Notes under the pieces: model-generated | What the model saw: the letters and a program-made list of their open reading frames with translations, nothing else | Database searches by the model: none | Told to the model about the DNA's origin: nothing | DNA from: a virus | Virus record (IMG/VR): IMGVR_UViG_3300045988_105566 | DNA: 49,654 bases | Reading direction: 5' to 3' (one strand) | Made by a program: the position numbers and the translations under genes | In this document: in pieces, positions 49,573-49,654 of the stretch | Numbering within the stretch: the first letter of the stretch is position 1 | Layout of the letters: every line of letters starts with the position of its first letter

Positions 49573-49654
49573 AAAAGATTTTGGATGCTTGCTGCGGCAG
49601 TCGGATGTGCTGGTTCGACAAAGACAACCCCGATACGGTCTTCATAGTCCATGA
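49569..49654 (+). CDS. Partial CDS (first 86 nt only), SAM-dependent methyltransferase-like N-terminus
   Basis: Mirror of 1..86(-). Runs off the window edge. Confidence 0.5.
   Translation, partial: MKKILDACCGSRMCWFDKDNPDTVFIVH

Larger units (their letters stand above)
42587..49654. repeat. IR-R: right arm of 7,068-bp perfect inverted repeat
   Basis: Reverse complement of 1..7068. The boundary 42586|42587 lies inside the intact ORF 42204..42959. Confidence 0.97.

Noticed and set aside
1-49654. CRISPR arrays, rRNA genes, transposase/IS elements
   Set aside because: No regularly spaced direct repeats, rRNA-like sequence or transposase-like ORF were seen. The only interspersed repeats are the IR, the TR/VR triplet and short regulatory words.

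Overview
This 49,654-bp window is a phage-like element of Bacteroidota style: it has TAnnTTTG -7 promoter boxes, no Shine-Dalgarno sites and a Bacteroides-type tyrosine integrase. A 35,518-bp unique core (7069..42586) is bracketed by a letter-perfect 7,068-bp inverted repeat (1..7068 is the reverse complement of 42587..49654). The repeat duplicates a whole early block: DnaC-like loader, about 10 small ORFs, C5 and N6/N4 DNA methyltransferases, and a PD-(D/E)xK nuclease. The core reads left to right as follows. (1) A leftward operon of small genes resembling conjugative-element leading-region genes (DUF932-like, DUF3873-like). (2) An AT-rich divergent promoter region. (3) A rightward late operon: scaffold, decoration-like protein, gpE-like major capsid, connector/neck proteins, major tail protein, a tRNA-Ser, a G/GT-type chaperone pair, a 1444-aa tape measure, distal tail proteins and a 988-aa tail tip/fibre. 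(4) A diversity-generating retroelement (DGR) embedded among the tail-tip genes: target with C-terminal VR1, a non-Avd small ORF, TR and a DGR-type RT. (5) A lysis cassette. (6) An Mrr-like nuclease plus lipoprotein moron. (7) An integrase with a repeat-rich attP-like region. (8) A CI/Cro-type switch with a DinD homologue. (9) An early recombination module: Rad50/SbcC-like ATPase, RecT and an MBL-fold hydrolase. (10) A second, remote DGR target gene (VR2, about 17.5 kb from TR) carrying a 2-nt indel. (11) A replication organiser. No terminase or portal gene is present, so the window is not a complete virion genome. The most notable observations are the two-target DGR with an early-region frameshifted VR2, and the giant perfect IR whose inner breakpoint lies in a 12-nt tandem repeat. 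Others are the G9 homopolymers inside a methyltransferase and another early gene, a TTCAACGCA motif just upstream of early start codons, and a duplicated palindrome+promoter cassette for the late and lysis operons. All family names come from by-eye motif recognition and recall; no database search or folding program was run.
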